From Macrostomum hystrix (Eukaryota; Animalia; Platyhelminthes), in NCBI GenBank assembly GCA_950097015.1, contig CATNEN010000029.1:1488001-1552000 (forward strand): DNA of 64,000 nucleotides. The letters run 5' to 3'. The notes under the pieces are model-generated. The model searched no databases. It was given only the letters and a program-made list of their open reading frames with translations, and was not told the DNA's origin. Shown here piece after piece: positions 11,374-28,790 of the stretch; within the stretch, counting starts at the first letter, position 1, and every line of letters starts with the position of its first letter. Position numbers and translations under genes: made by a program.

Positions 11374-13049
11374 TTTCCAACCGCCAAATCACTGCAGTGG
11401 CTGAAAATTAACAAAACATGAAAATAGGTTGCAGTGAAACTATGAAGTCAATTATAAATCAATAAAAAATTACCATAGGAAATCAAAACATTTTAGCACT
11501 CATAAAGTAGCATAGATTTCTTTATAAATCTAAGATTAAAGAGGGGTTTTCGACCCTGTGAATTTTAGGAATTTCAGATATTTTGGGCCAACCTCCAGTG
11601 GCATTATGCAAGAGGAGTCAATTTTTTTCCAAGAAACATTCAATGATTTACCTAGGTTACTATTTGATTGGCTACTGCCATGTGGCTAGTTGACTATGTA
11701 CAACTGAGACAAGAATCCTGGCTTTTCTACTACCACCCTCTCTATTCTTTATAAGTTCCACCACTGTAGCACCATGGCTTGTAAAATTTATAGCCACATT
11801 TATTGTGATTTTGCAAGACTTCTACATATTTCTGCATATGTAAGTTTTAGTGTTTTACAGAAAGCATGCAGTCTAATAAAGAATAAGAATGTCATTTAAT
11901 ATGTACAAAATTTATTTGTGCAAATTTAGTTTTCAATCAGTAGTCCCCTACAACCAATAGACAATTATTAGCCAATAGAGAGTTCTTGGTTACGACAAAG
12001 CCAGAGAAAGCTCACCCTACCCAATCCACATGTAGTATACCACGTGAATTGCCACAGTGTTTGATTAGGCAAGCTCACAAAGCAAGCAATTTTAAGGTTG
12101 AAGAACCTACTGAAACACCAATTCAACTCTTTAGTAGAATAATTTAATACAATCCCAACTGAGTACAGTGTTGTATTTACATTGACATATTTGATATCAA
12201 AGTGATCACTATTGTGTGCTATAATATTTTGAACTAGGTAAATTTTATGCTTTACACTCTAGCCTAGCGAAATATAAATTCATACCAACTGAAATTGACA
12301 ACATAATATTTAATCAGACATACATAGCTTTACAACCACTAAAATAATACACCATTTTAGAAAAGTATAATCTAAGAGTTATAGTTATATTTTTCCTAGA
12401 TAAAAGTGTATAACTACTGCCATAGCAACCTCACCATGTCCATAGGCTTTATCAACAAGCAACTAGATATTGAAAGCAAATATACATTTCCTAAACTACC
12501 TATTTCTAGTTATAAAGCTAAACAAAAAGCAAAATAAATATTTTGTGAAAAGTTTAAGCTAACTGTAACTGTAAGCTAAAGATTGTGCTCTATGGTATAT
12601 TATTCTATTATTAAAATATTAATAAAATAAGTTATTTAAATTATCAATGTTATTAAGCTAAATCACATTTAATTCAAATCAAAGACAAAGCTAAATTCTT
12701 CCCTAAAAACAGGACTGCAATTATTTACCACCATCTAGACTTTGCAGTTACGCTTTTGTATATTCCAATATGGTTTAGCTTGTGCCTTAAAGCATATCAT
12801 TAATAATGCTTTATTAAGGCACAAGGCAAAATGCAAAAGCATAAAGTAAAAAATCATTAGAAAACAAAAACTCACAAACTTATGGACCAAATACAAATAT
12901 ACATATTAAAGTTAATAGCCGCGCTATAAAATAGAATACCGGAAATATTATACAAATCATGTATCACTATGGTTTCAGATGGTGCGACTGAATTTAGAAT
13001 GATAATACGTGTCATTAAATTTGCGCCTTTATTGGTGCGCTCGATTAGT

Positions 13050-13375
13050 TATAACGAACTGTTGATGTCTAATTTTTTAATCCTTACTCTATGAATTAAA
13101 TAAGGTTTTGTTCTACTTCTTTTTTTGTAGTCTGTAAAACATATCCCCTTAATTCTTCTAATATCTAACATAAAAAGGGATATACGATATTCGCGCTCTT
13201 TAGTAGGCAAGATCAGACACTCCAAAGCGCTGAAAGCCAAGACATGTTCCAGATTGGTAAAAGCAGGTTATGTTTATAAATTACTTGAAAAGTTGTCACG
13301 CTTTGTGTTTCCTCATTTCTTGTGTTCGTCCAGAACTTCAGCTTATGAGACTTGGGAATATTAGCGTTAAAAACC
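13050..13375 (-). mobile_element. Possible degraded 3' remnant of an RTE-like LINE ORF
   Basis: Minus-strand pieces WTNTRNEE / LEHVL / KKRSRTKP / IKKLD resemble in order the recalled RTE C-terminal motifs W.D.I.NEEV / LGHV.R / GKRPRGRP / IKKD. Frameshifted and AT-decayed. Confidence 0.3.
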
Positions 13376-15301
13376 CATTTGCTTAATTAGAAGTAGAAAA
13401 AATCTTTCTTTAACGAAATACTCAAGCTAATTATTCGTAGTTTCCTAGTTGACTCTAATTTAGCCCTTAATGGAGTACACGTATTAGCGAAGCAATCCAG
13501 AGAGCTAAATTTATTTTTAGTTTAAAACAAGCAAGCAAGCAAGCAAACATTTCATTTCTAGTATATTAGACATAATAATGAAATGGTAATAACAGTAATG
13601 ATATACACACCGAAGATAAGTGTCAAAAAGCGTCAAACATGTACTGTATCTGATTGAAACTATTAAATATAAACTAGTTTCAAACAGAAACTATAAACGA
13701 TTAACTATTAACTATTATTATATTGCTTTTTGTAATTAAGCATGTCTTATTAAAAAAGAGCGTAATTAGATCGATTGATTACCATAAATGTATTGAAAAT
13801 GAACTTAATTCAAGCCAAACGGAACTGAGCTGACGGAGCTGAAGTCTTTTGTATTCACTTCAATATTTTATTATATTTTTAATTTGTTTATTTTATTCAC
13901 TTCACTTTTTCAATTTGTGGATTAAGGAATGACACTGGCGTGGCCAATAATTTAAATCTCTAATTACACAATTGGATATCCAATAGTTAATTGGAGAATC
14001 ATATAAAATAAAAGACACAAGCCACGTAATATACTAGCAATTTACAGGAAGAGGGATATTTTTGTAAAACAAAATGAAAAAGTTTGTATGACCCTTGTAT
14101 GACTTGTATGTCGACCCTTGACTGCTCCCATGCTAAAGGCTTTAAGTGTATTATGAATCAGTTTTAACAATAAGCTTTAGGTTCATAGATAGCATTTTCA
14201 CTAATGGATGACATAAACTGCACGATGTAAACTTGATACAGAGGAAAGACGAGACAAACAATTAGGACAAAACGAGGGTGCCGAAACCAATGGGTATTGG
14301 GGCATGCAGAAGTTCTACAATTTTCTATTATAAACAATGTGTCAATAGGAGTACCATTTCTGATCAGAAATTACGATTTGAAAAAAAGATAAAATAATTA
14401 TGCTGTTTTATAAATAGAACTGAAAATGGGGCTTGGAGAATCTGATTGGCTAGCGACAGTCACGCGACTGAACTGGGGGTAATATTTCACACAATCTTTC
14501 TAAAAATAGCAACAGCTTAACCTTCGGTTAACAAATCAAATTGTGTATTCGGCTTTGCATCAAAGTTGAACTTGTCGAAGCACCCTCCCTAAATTGAGCC
14601 TTCCTTGTCACCCGGAATTAAAGAAGGATGGGGTTAGGGTTAATGAATTATATTCTAGATAAAAAAATTTCAGGCAAATAAATTTACTGTTACAGAAACA
14701 GAAAAAACTTACTGCAAAAAAACTGCAAAAATCTTACAGTAAACGAGTGCTTTATATAAAGCTGCAAAGGTCTTCAAACGTTGTTATATTCAATGGTACT
14801 AGTACTGTATTTATAACAAAGGCTTTAGGCACAAACACAGTTCCGTAAGAGAAAATTCTAGCAAAAAATTACTGAGGCTGCTTAGGTTAGCTTACAAATA
14901 TTAATTAAGTTCAATAAAAAACATATCTTTGTCTGGAAAAAAGTTAGGAAAAAATTGTCATAATGATGCTACGCAATCACAGCAAAGTAACTACACATTC
15001 TTATAGTAAACCATTGTATGGTACAGACAAACGTGGGCAATTGCGAGTGTACTGTAAAGAGTCGCGACGATGAAACAATCAATACGCCTGAAATTACACT
15101 GGCAATGTAACAAACAAATAATAATGAAACAAATATTCACTAAATTATATGCTCCTGAGTCAGAAGGGACAGGCGCGATCACACGGAAGTCCCCTTGGTT
15201 AGTTGGCATTGTCAACTCGTTAGCGAATTTCCAACTATCGTTAGTTCTAATTTTATATTATACAAATTGTAGACCATTGTTTAGAGCTTCAGAATCCTAA
15301 T

Positions 15302-15430
15302 TAAGAGGTCTGGAGTTCGATTACAAAAAAATTGGCAGGAGAGCCAGTTGGCACAGATTACAGTGGCGCTTCCACCGCTTCCTACAGACTGTGTACAACT
15401 TACTAGTCCGTAGACTGGGTGAACTGAAGC
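15302..15430 (+). mobile_element. Highly degraded SINE family A fragment
   Basis: B-box-like GGAGTTCGATT plus a degenerate family-A segment (CTGTGTACAAC...AGTCCGTAGACTG). Confidence 0.3.
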
Positions 15431-16475
15431 ACTAGACAACTAAAGGGGTCTAGCTTCCTCTAACTCTAAAAACTGGGCTACAAGCTAATATTTTTGCGTA
15501 TGGAATAAATAAGGATATTTGAAGAACAGCAAGATCGCTAGTATTTCAATTCTACGAGCGTAATTTCGCGAGGTCGCGTGCACTTTGAGCAGAATTGTGA
15601 TGCAAATTTATTAATTTTTCTAAATCATTTGTGCACTCGTAGTAATTACTACAATCACATTTACTAAATCAATAATAAATATGAGAAGCAAGCAAATTAA
15701 GACACTAGGAAGTACGAGAGCAGCCTACTCAGTGAAGGATAAAACAGTTATACTTTTTACATCAGCAAGCAGTTTCTTTTGTGCAGCGAAACAGGAAAAA
15801 ACAAGTCGATTAGTGTACATTACAGAAAATAGATTTATATAGAGGCCATGCTTCCGTCTGCCAAGCAGGAGTCTGCGTCAAAGGAAAATTACTTAGCCAA
15901 AAGTAAAGCGTCGTTTAAAATAAGAAAAAAACACACTACTTAGCCTACTTTAAGTAGTGCAGTAAAAACATTAAGTTGCAAATTTGGAATTACACGAAAA
16001 TACCGATTTAAGTGGGCTATAAAATATGGTCTAGGATGAATGCATCTCTATTTGGATCACATTTTATAGTCTAAAAGTTCAGATAAGCAGGCCAAGAATA
16101 CGATTCTTTTGATTAAGAGCCATTATTGTAGCAGCATAACCGGTGTGTTCATTTTATCCCACTAATTAAAAAGCAAAAAAGGAAATAATCCGAGTATAGG
16201 AAGCATTCAACAATTCTAGCGTACATGAAAACACAAATAGAAATGGCACCAAGGGTATAAGACTGGGTAGGACAATCATTATTTCTTAGTGTCTTTGTGG
16301 AAATTAGTCATAAAAAGTGAAAATAGATACGGAACAAAAAAAGAATTAAATCATTAATAGAAACAAAACAATTCAATCCCGTGCAATTGAATTGTAGAAA
16401 AATGAGGCAAAATTGCAGCATTTGGTGTGCACTGAAGAATTAGCCTAGTTACCGGCAGCACAGCAGAGTCATTGC

Positions 16476-16689
16476 TCACATGACTGAGCACTTGTCCTTC
16501 TGCTTGCCACTGCTCTGCTGCTGGCCTGAGTTGAGCGTCTCGGAGCTCTGACCCGCCTTCTCGACTTTAGACGCCTCTTTGGAGGCCGCTTTCGATTTCT
16601 TCTTGAACTCCTCCGGTATTGGTTCGGCCACTGTTGCGCCCGCTGTGGGCTTCATCGGAATAGGCCGACGGCCGCCCGCGGACGAGGCC
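16476..16689 (-). CDS. RPS6KB1: S6 kinase exon 6 of 6 (C-terminal tail); full CDS join(29355..29546,27046..27580,21697..22130,21472..21582,20572..20681,16476..16689), 531 aa
   Basis: Acceptor CGTCGTCAG|G completes the phase-2 AT of exon 5. Open for 70 codons (ASSAGGRRPIPMKP...KCSVM*). Assignment rests on splice phase and codon style, not on sequence homology. Confidence 0.65.
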
Positions 16690-16752
16690 CTGACGACGCG
16701 ACAGGGGGGATTGGTCAGGTTTGGTTGGTCAGGTTGGTCAGGTTTGTTTTGT

Positions 16753-19700
16753 CACTCAGATTGGTGGCTCAGATTGGTGGCTCAGATTGGTGACTCAGAT
16801 TGGTGGCTCAGATTGGTGAGTCAGATTGAGTGGCTCAGATTGAGTGGCTCAGATTGGTGGCTCAGATTGGTGGCTCAGATTGGTGACTCAGATTGGTGGC
16901 TCAGATTGGTGAGTCAGATTGAGTGGCTCAGATTGAGTGGCTCAGATTGGTGGCTCAGATTGGTGGCTCAGATTGGTGGCTCAGATTGGTGAGTCAGATT
17001 GAGTGGCTCAGATTGGTGACTCAGATTGAGTGGCTCAGATTGAGTGGCTCAGATTGAGTGGCTCAGATTGAGTGGCTCAGATTGGTGAGTCAGATTGAGT
17101 GGCTCAGATTGAGTGGCTCAGATTGAGTGGCTCAGATTGAGTGGCTCAGATTGGTGGCTCAGATTGGGTGGCTCAGATTGGTGGCTCAGATTGGTGGCTC
17201 AGATTGGTGAGTCAGATTGAGTGGCTCAGATTGAGTGGCTCAGATTGGTGGCTCAGATTGGTGGCTCAGATTGGTGGCTCAGATTGGTGAGTCAGATTGA
17301 GTGGCTCAGATTGGTGACTCAGATTGAGTGGCTCAGATTGGTGACTCAGATTGAGTGGCTCAGATTGAGTGGCTCAGATTGAGTGGCTCAGATTGAGTGA
17401 CTCAGATTGGTGGCTCAGATTGAGTGGCTCAGATTGAGTGGCTCAGATTGAGTGGCTCAGATTGAGTGGCTCAGATTGGTGACTCAGATTGGTGACTCAG
17501 ATTGAGTGGCTCAGATTGAGTGGCTCAGATTGAGTGGCTCAGATTGGTGGCTCAGATTGGTGGCTCAGATTGGTGACTCAGATTGGTGGCTCAGATTGGT
17601 GAGTCAGATTGAGTGGCTCAGATTGAGTGGCTCAGATTGGTGGCTCAGATTGGTGGCTCAGATTGGTGGCTCAGATTGGTGAGTCAGATTGAGTGGCTCA
17701 GATTGCTGACTCCGATTGAGTGGCTCAGATTGAGTGGCTCAGATTGAGTGGCTCAGATTGAGTGACTCAGATTGGTGGCTCAGATTGAGTGGCTCAGATT
17801 GGTGGCTCAGATTGGTGGCTCAGATTGGTGGCTCAGATTGGGTGGCTCAGATTGGTGGCTCAGATTGGTGACTCAGATTGGTGGCTCAGATTGGTGACTC
17901 AGATTGGTGGCTCAGATTGGTGACTCAGATTGGTGGCTCAGATTGGTGACTCAGATTGGTGGCTCAGATTGGGTGGCTCAGATTGGTGGCTCAGATTGAG
18001 TGGCTCAGATTGGTGGCTCAGATTGGTGACTCAGATTGGTGGCTCAGATTGGTGACTCAGATTGGTGGCTCAGATTGGTGGCTCAGATTGATGGCTCAGA
18101 TTGGTGGCTCAGATTGGTGACTCAGATTGAGTGGCTCAGATTGGTGACTCAGATTGGTGGCTCAGATTGGTGACTTAGATTGGTGACTCAGATTGGTGAC
18201 TCAGATTGGTGGCTCAGATTGGTGACTCAGATTGGTGACTCAGATTGGTGGCTCAGATTGGTGACTCAGATTGGTGGCTCAGATTGGTGACTCAGATTGG
18301 TGACTCAGATTGGTGGCTCAGATTGGTGGCTCAGATTGGGTGGCTCAGATTGAGTGGCTCAGATTGGTGACTCAGATTGGTGGCTCAGATTGGTGACTCA
18401 GATTGGTGGCTCAGATTGGTGACTCAGATTGGTGGCTCAGATTGGTGACTCAGATTGGTGACTCAGATTGGTGGCTTAGATTGAGTGGCTCAGATTGGTG
18501 ACTCAGATTGGTGGCTCAGATTGGTGGCTCAGATTGGTGGCTTAGATTGGTGACTCAGATTGGTGACTCAGATTGGTGGCTCAGATTGGTGGCTCAGATT
18601 GGTGGCTCAGATTGGTGGCTCAGATTGAGTGGCTCAGATTGGTGGCTTAGATTGAGTGGCTCAGATTGGTGGCTCAGATTGAGTGGCTCAGATTGGTGGC
18701 TTAGATTGAGTGGCTCAGATTGGTGGCTCAGATTGAGTGGCTCAGATTGGTGGCTCAGATTGAGTGGCTCAGATTGGTGGCTTAGATTGAGTGGCTCAGA
18801 TTGGTGGCTCAGATTGAGTGGCTCAGATTGGTGGCTCAGATTGGTGGCTCAGATTGAGTGGCTCAGATTGGTGGCTCAGATTGGTGGCTCAGATTGGTGA
18901 CTCAGATTGGTGACTCAGATTGGTGGCTCAGATTGAGTGGCTCAGATTGGTGACTCAGATTGGTGGCTCAGATTGAGTGGCTCAGATTGAGTGGCTCAGA
19001 TTGGTGGCTCAGATTGAGTGGCTCAGATTGGTGGCTCAGATTGGTGGCTCAGATTGGTGACTCAGATTGGTGACTCAGATTGGTGGCTCAGATTGGTGGC
19101 TCAGATTGGGTGGCTCAGATTGAGTGGCTCAGATTGGTGACTCAGATTGGTGGCTCAGATTGGTGACTCAGATTGGTGGCTCAGATTGGTGACTCAGATT
19201 GGTGACTCAGATTGGTGGCTTAGATTGAGTGGCTCAGATTGGTGACTCAGATTGGTGGCTCAGATTGGTGGCTCAGATTGGTGGCTCAGATTGGTGACTC
19301 AGATTGGTGACTCAGATTGGTGGCTCAGATTGGTGGCTCAGATTGGTGGCTCAGATTGGTGACTCAGATTGGTGGCTCAGATTGGTGGCTCAGATAGAGT
19401 GGCTCAGATTGGTGGCTCAGATTGGTGACTCAGATTGGTGGCTTAGATTGAGTGGCTCAGATTGGTGGCTCAGATTGAGTGGCTCAGATTGGTGGCTTAG
19501 ATTGAGTGGCTCAGATTGGTGGCTCAGATTGAGTGGCTCAGATTGGTGGCTCAGATTGAGTGGCTCAGATTGAGTGGCTCAGATTGGTGGCTCAGATTGA
19601 GTGGCTCAGATTGGTGGCTCAGATTGGTGGCTCAGATTGGTGACTCAGATTGGTGGCTCAGATTGAGTGGCTCAGATTGAGTGGCTCAGATTGGTGGCTC

Positions 19701-20482
19701 AGATTGAGTGGCTCAGATTGGTGGCTCAGATTGAGTGGCTCAGATTGGTGGCTCAGATTGAGTGGCTCAGATTGGTGGCTCAGATTGGTGGCTCAGATTG
19801 GTGACTCAGATTGGTGACTCAGATTGGTGGATCAGATTGAGTGGCTCAGATTGGTGGCTCAGATTGGTGACTCAGATTGGTGACTCAGATTGGTGGCTCA
19901 GATTGGTGACTCAGATTGGTGACTCAGATTGGTGGCTCAGATTGGTGGCTCAGATTGAGTGGCTCAGATTGGTGGCTTAGATTGAGTGGCTCAGATTGGT
20001 GGCTCAGATTGAGTGGCTCAGATTGGTGGCTCAGATTGGTGACTCAGATTGGTGGCTCAGATTGGTGGCTCAGATTGGTGGCTTAGATTGGTGACTCAGA
20101 TTGGTGACTCAGATTGGTGGCTCAGATTGGTGGCTCAGATTGGTGACTCAGATTGGTGGCTCAGATTGGTGGCTCAGATAGAGTGGCTCAGATTGGTGGC
20201 TCAGATTGGTGACTCAGATTGGTGGCTTAGATTGAGTGGCTCAGATTGGTGACTCAGATTGGTGACTCAGATTGGTGGCTCAGATTGGTGACTCAGATTG
20301 GTGGCTCAGATTGGTGGCTCAGATTGGTGACTCAGATTGGTGACTCAGATTGGTGGCTCAGATTGGTGACTCAGATTGGTGGCTCAGATTGGTGGCTCAG
20401 ATTGGTGACTCAGATTGGTGACTCAGATTGGTGGCTCAGATTGGTGGCTCAGATTGGTGGCTCAGATTGAGTGGCTCAGATT
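16753..20482. repeat. 13/14-bp minisatellite of interspersed variants CTCAGATTGGTGG, CTCAGATTGAGTGG and CTCAGATTGGTGA, about 280 copies, filling S6K intron 5
   Basis: Tandem units visible; source of the WLRLVAQIGGSDW-type ORFs. Confidence 0.97.
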
Positions 20483-20571
20483 ATGCAGGCCAGAATGTGT
20501 GTCAAGTGAAGCAGGTCACATTGGGTTGGTCAGAAGTGCATAGGCAGACATCCACACAATCAGAGGCTCAC

Positions 20572-20681
20572 ATGTTTCCACTGGCGCTGCCGCTAGTCCT
20601 GCGCCTAATCGGGTTGCTGCTGCTCACCCAAGGCTCCTTGTTCACGCTTTCCAGCACCGACTGGTCCACAAAAGTGAAGCC
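20572..20681 (-). CDS. RPS6KB1: S6 kinase exon 5 (hydrophobic motif)
   Basis: Acceptor AAACTCTCAG|GGC, donor AACAT|GTGAGC. Joined to exon 4 it gives NVFQ|GFTFV, the AGC hydrophobic motif with the T389-equivalent Thr. Confidence 0.88.
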
Positions 20682-21036
20682 CTGAGAGTTTGAACGAATT
20701 ATCACAGTGTGAGGAGATGCATGCGTTCAATTTGACTGGACTATGCACCATTAATTAGGCTCTACTGCGGCGGGCGACTGTTTAGTGCAACAGACTTAAT
20801 AAGGCCGCATCAGATTAAGCTCAGCCAGGCTATGCTCTTTATTTTTGAAATTTTAAAATGGAATACAGATTAACAAATACAAACTGAAGTTATAAAACTG
20901 TTGCTTAAACACTTAATTCATAGCCATCTAGTAGGGTAAACAAAATACGGAATAACCAGAAATCCAAAAAAATCTTAAAGCTGCAAGAAGAATTGACCCG
21001 ATATATTAACAAACTTTAAGATCTATAATATAATAG

Positions 21037-21306
21037 TTAATTACACCTGCGTTAATTGGGTCAGATGTGCAGTCGACAGCACAGCCGCAACTATTGCGCG
21101 GCGCATCTGAAGGCTGCGTACGGCTGTTCAGTCCATGGACTGGGGGATGCCACAACCGCCCTCAAATACCCCAGCTAATGCTGGTACCCATTTAACAGCT
21201 AGAGTTGGCTGTCTTGCTAAATGACACAAATTGTTCCAGTGGAGTCGGGAATCGAACCCCCGACCTTCAAGTCGTGAGTCCAACGCTCAAACCACTAGGC
21301 TACAAC
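21037..21306 (-). mobile_element. tRNA-derived CORE-type SINE family A, near full length, in S6K intron 4
   Basis: Head GTTGTAGCCTAGTGG (A box)...GGGGTTCGATTCCCG (B box), then AAATGGGTACCAGCATTAGCTGGGG, the CAGTCCATGGACTG palindrome and a shared 3' end. Colinear with the copy at 61981-62276. Confidence 0.85.
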
Positions 21307-21471
21307 ACCTATCTCCTTAAGATTTACTAACACTAAAACTTAACATAATATTCGTAACTAAATTAACCCGGAAAATTCTAAAGTTGACTTACCTTTTATC
21401 CACTAAAATGGTACCGAGGACTGCACATTAAGTGGGAAAAAGGAATAACTCAGTATAACAGAAACGCTAAC

Positions 21472-21582
21472 CTGAAACACATTGGCCATGGAAGCAGACA
21501 GCATTGAGTCCTCTTCGGGCGACTCAACCGGATTCTCGTGCGTAAATTTCGGATCGAACAGACTTACGTCTGCCTCGGATTT
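21472..21582 (-). CDS. RPS6KB1: S6 kinase exon 4 (turn motif)
   Basis: TTTTCAG|AAA...TTTCAG|GTTAGC, 111 bp. Encodes KSEADVSLFDPKFTHENPVESPEED (DVS.FD..FT...P..SP turn motif). Confidence 0.92.
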
Positions 21583-21657
21583 CTGAAAATGAGATAAGAT
21601 ACTAAGCAATGGGGTGAGACTCGAACTCCCAACCTCTTATAAAATCTGTACTAGTTA

Positions 21658-25610
<3,953 letters not shown>

Positions 25611-26416
25611 TAACGTATAACTTATATGTGTCCAACTTTAGAACTAAAAGCTCCTTAATTGAGGGTCTTAGATTGCAATCCAAGTGAAGATTTGGCATAT
25701 GTATTTTTGGTAGATTTCAGCTTCAAATAATGACAAGGCACTTTTGCAGTTTCGTTGTCCTTGGTGTGATTTGATTCTGACAACAATTAAGCTAGTTATA
25801 TCCTACCCAGACTAAAATACGAGTAAGTATCACGGTTTAACTGCAGGCAGTGCATACTTTAACAAGATAACTAACAGACTGTTTTGTATTCACAAAGCGG
25901 AGTAATATAGCACAGACACCCAGAAGACAACACTGCAAGACCAAAGCTAGACCGAAATATGGCATTCGCTAAAAAAATTTTAAGAGCAAGTGCGCCATGC
26001 TTAGTAACTATACCCCTCTCGTTCAGAGATCAATTTTCTTGTTAGCAATTCTCTGGTACTCGTTGATAATTATGAGAGTTTCTTCAGCTGCTAGAAAAAT
26101 ACCGAAGAAAAGTATTGGTCTATGATAAAGTGAGAAATACTGATTCGATACACAGCTTCATAACTAATCATTTTTGTATTAGACGGTACAAAACAATACT
26201 AGTTAAGATAAAAAAACCACTAGCGAATTCTGCGATGCTGCAACTATGGAAATCTTTACAGACATGATTAGGATTACGGCAAGTCTGCTCTCCCATAGCT
26301 AGTTCACGAAGCTTGATTAAAAAACTTTAATAAATGTTAAGAACTAGTTTCCATATTTTACGCACATGAAATGAAAATATTTCGTTTTCGAAAAGGAAAA
26401 AGGAAACGCTTCTAAC

Positions 26417-26466
26417 GTCCCTGGGCTCGATTCCGCGGCGAGTCCGCATTCACTTGGTGCGCAGCC
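26417..26466 (+). mobile_element. SINE family B head fragment
   Basis: GTCCCTGGGCTCGATTCCGCGGCGAGTCCGCATTCACTTGGTGCGCAGCC matches the B-box region of the copies at 50.1 and 56.3 kb. Confidence 0.6.
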
Positions 26467-27037
26467 ATAAACAGTAGTAAACAGTATTTCCTAAACTATT
26501 CAACCAATCGACATGAAAACCCAGAACTCGAGCTTAAAACAACTTCCAGAATCACAAAACACCGGCATCGTCCAGATATTCAACGATTCTCGTCGGGGGT
26601 GTCTGGTGGCGAAAAGCACCAATATAGGTATAATTTTTCTGCTCAAAAAATATCATCATGTAACTATTATTGTTGGTAGCATCAATTGTATTGATTTTAT
26701 TGTTGATTAATTTATTAATGAATCAGTATGAATTCTCGATAGGGGTTTTTATACGGAGCAATGTTAGTTTACCTTGTCTCCAGCGTCTTCGACAACAATC
26801 GTCAATATCGTGAAATCATTTTTAACATATGGTAGACTAAGGAAAATTGGCCATTCCGTTTTGGAGCAGTGGGTAGTGAAGTAGGCAGTGGGTATTTCAG
26901 ATACCCCCGGTGGATAAATAGCCATTTAACTGTTAAGAGAATGCTTGGGAGCCTGTCCTGCAATTTAGGACCATAAAGGCCAACCCCCCAAGGCACAATG
27001 TTACTGGGACACTGCCTGGCGATTAAAAAGTCAGTTA

Positions 27038-27592
<555 letters not shown>

Positions 27593-28107
27593 TTAGTGAT
27601 GGGGTTACCATTACTGTTGAATCTGTATGATATTTCTGATTAGACACATTCTTTTTGTAACTTATAACTAGCTTATATATTTTTACTGAAATTCTACAAC
27701 TATAAACCTAAGGATGTTATAGTTATCAATTAAAGTTTTTAACTAAAAATAAATATAAATTACTACTTTAAACATACTTGGGCAAGATGTTCATTCTATG
27801 TGAAGTGCCTCTAACACATGGTAAATTATACTTGACAATAAAGCACTTATAAGATAACACTACAAATATTTTATGCAACTATTATTAGAAACAAAATTGT
27901 TTCATTGTTATTGTTAGCAATACAGAAAAAAATTATAGGCTAGGCCCTACTCAACAGCACAATTTTATAAAGACAATCATATATAAAACATACTAAAATA
28001 AAAATGCAAAAATGAAAGGTATTGCTGATTTGCTTTTGACATTAACAATTTAAAGCTTTGTTTTGTGTCTTTTCACTGGTTGCTGCTATGCATTTTAAAA
28101 TGTAATA

Positions 28108-28790
28108 GGGTAATGTATCATCAACCAAACAAGAATGTGTATTTTTTTTAACTTCAAACCTAAGCTACAGATTTTCTATTTAAGATATGATGATAAATCA
28201 AACGCCAAGTTATAGAAAATAGTTACATCTTTCTAAAAAGTATCTGCTTTTGCTATTTTATCAAATAGAAAAAAATGTATTCCTGCTTTTTATCTAAAAC
28301 TGAACAATGATTTTCATGTATCTTCAAACCAAACAGAGAATTTGATGTTTAGTTTTACAATTTGAGTGAGTGGTTTAATCTTATTTTAAGGAGTGAACTA
28401 TCATGAATTATGTCATTTGAAAGCATTTTTCATGCTCTATAAATAACTAAATTTATGGTCATTTAATTGGCAAGCAACCACATACAATCTTCGTCTAAAG
28501 TATGTGTCTAAAGAGAGTGACAAGAGGAGAGAGTGACGAGAGGATACTGAAAAAATGTTGTTAAAAAGTATGCTTTTGCAATAAAATTTCTACTAAAACA
28601 TCAATATCTTTCTTTCCTCTTAATGTTTCATTGCACATCATGCCTCAGCTTGTGGATAATTTCTTCAACTTTCAGATTAGTTGTTCTGTGAAACACAATA
28701 GCTTGTTTCTGTCTTGCACAAGACCAAGGAAGAAGTCAAAATTCTTGTTCAGTTTTGAAGATACACTGTTTGGTTGATGATACATTACCC
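28108..28790. mobile_element. MITE / non-autonomous DNA transposon (683 bp) with 24-bp perfect TIRs and TA target duplication, in S6K intron 1
   Basis: GGGTAATGTATCATCAACCAAACA (28108-28131) and its exact reverse complement (28767-28790), both flanked by TA. AT-rich interior with no ORF. Confidence 0.7.

Noticed and set aside
16579-20685. WLRLVAQIGGSDW-type plus-strand ORFs
   Set aside because: Frames through the 13/14-bp array, antisense to S6K.
21240-21306. tRNA gene (and similar heads at 8.6, 31.1, 50.2, 53.9, 57.6 and 62.2 kb)
   Set aside because: A and B boxes are present, but anticodon and acceptor stems are mispaired and each is fused to a repeated body, so they are SINE heads.
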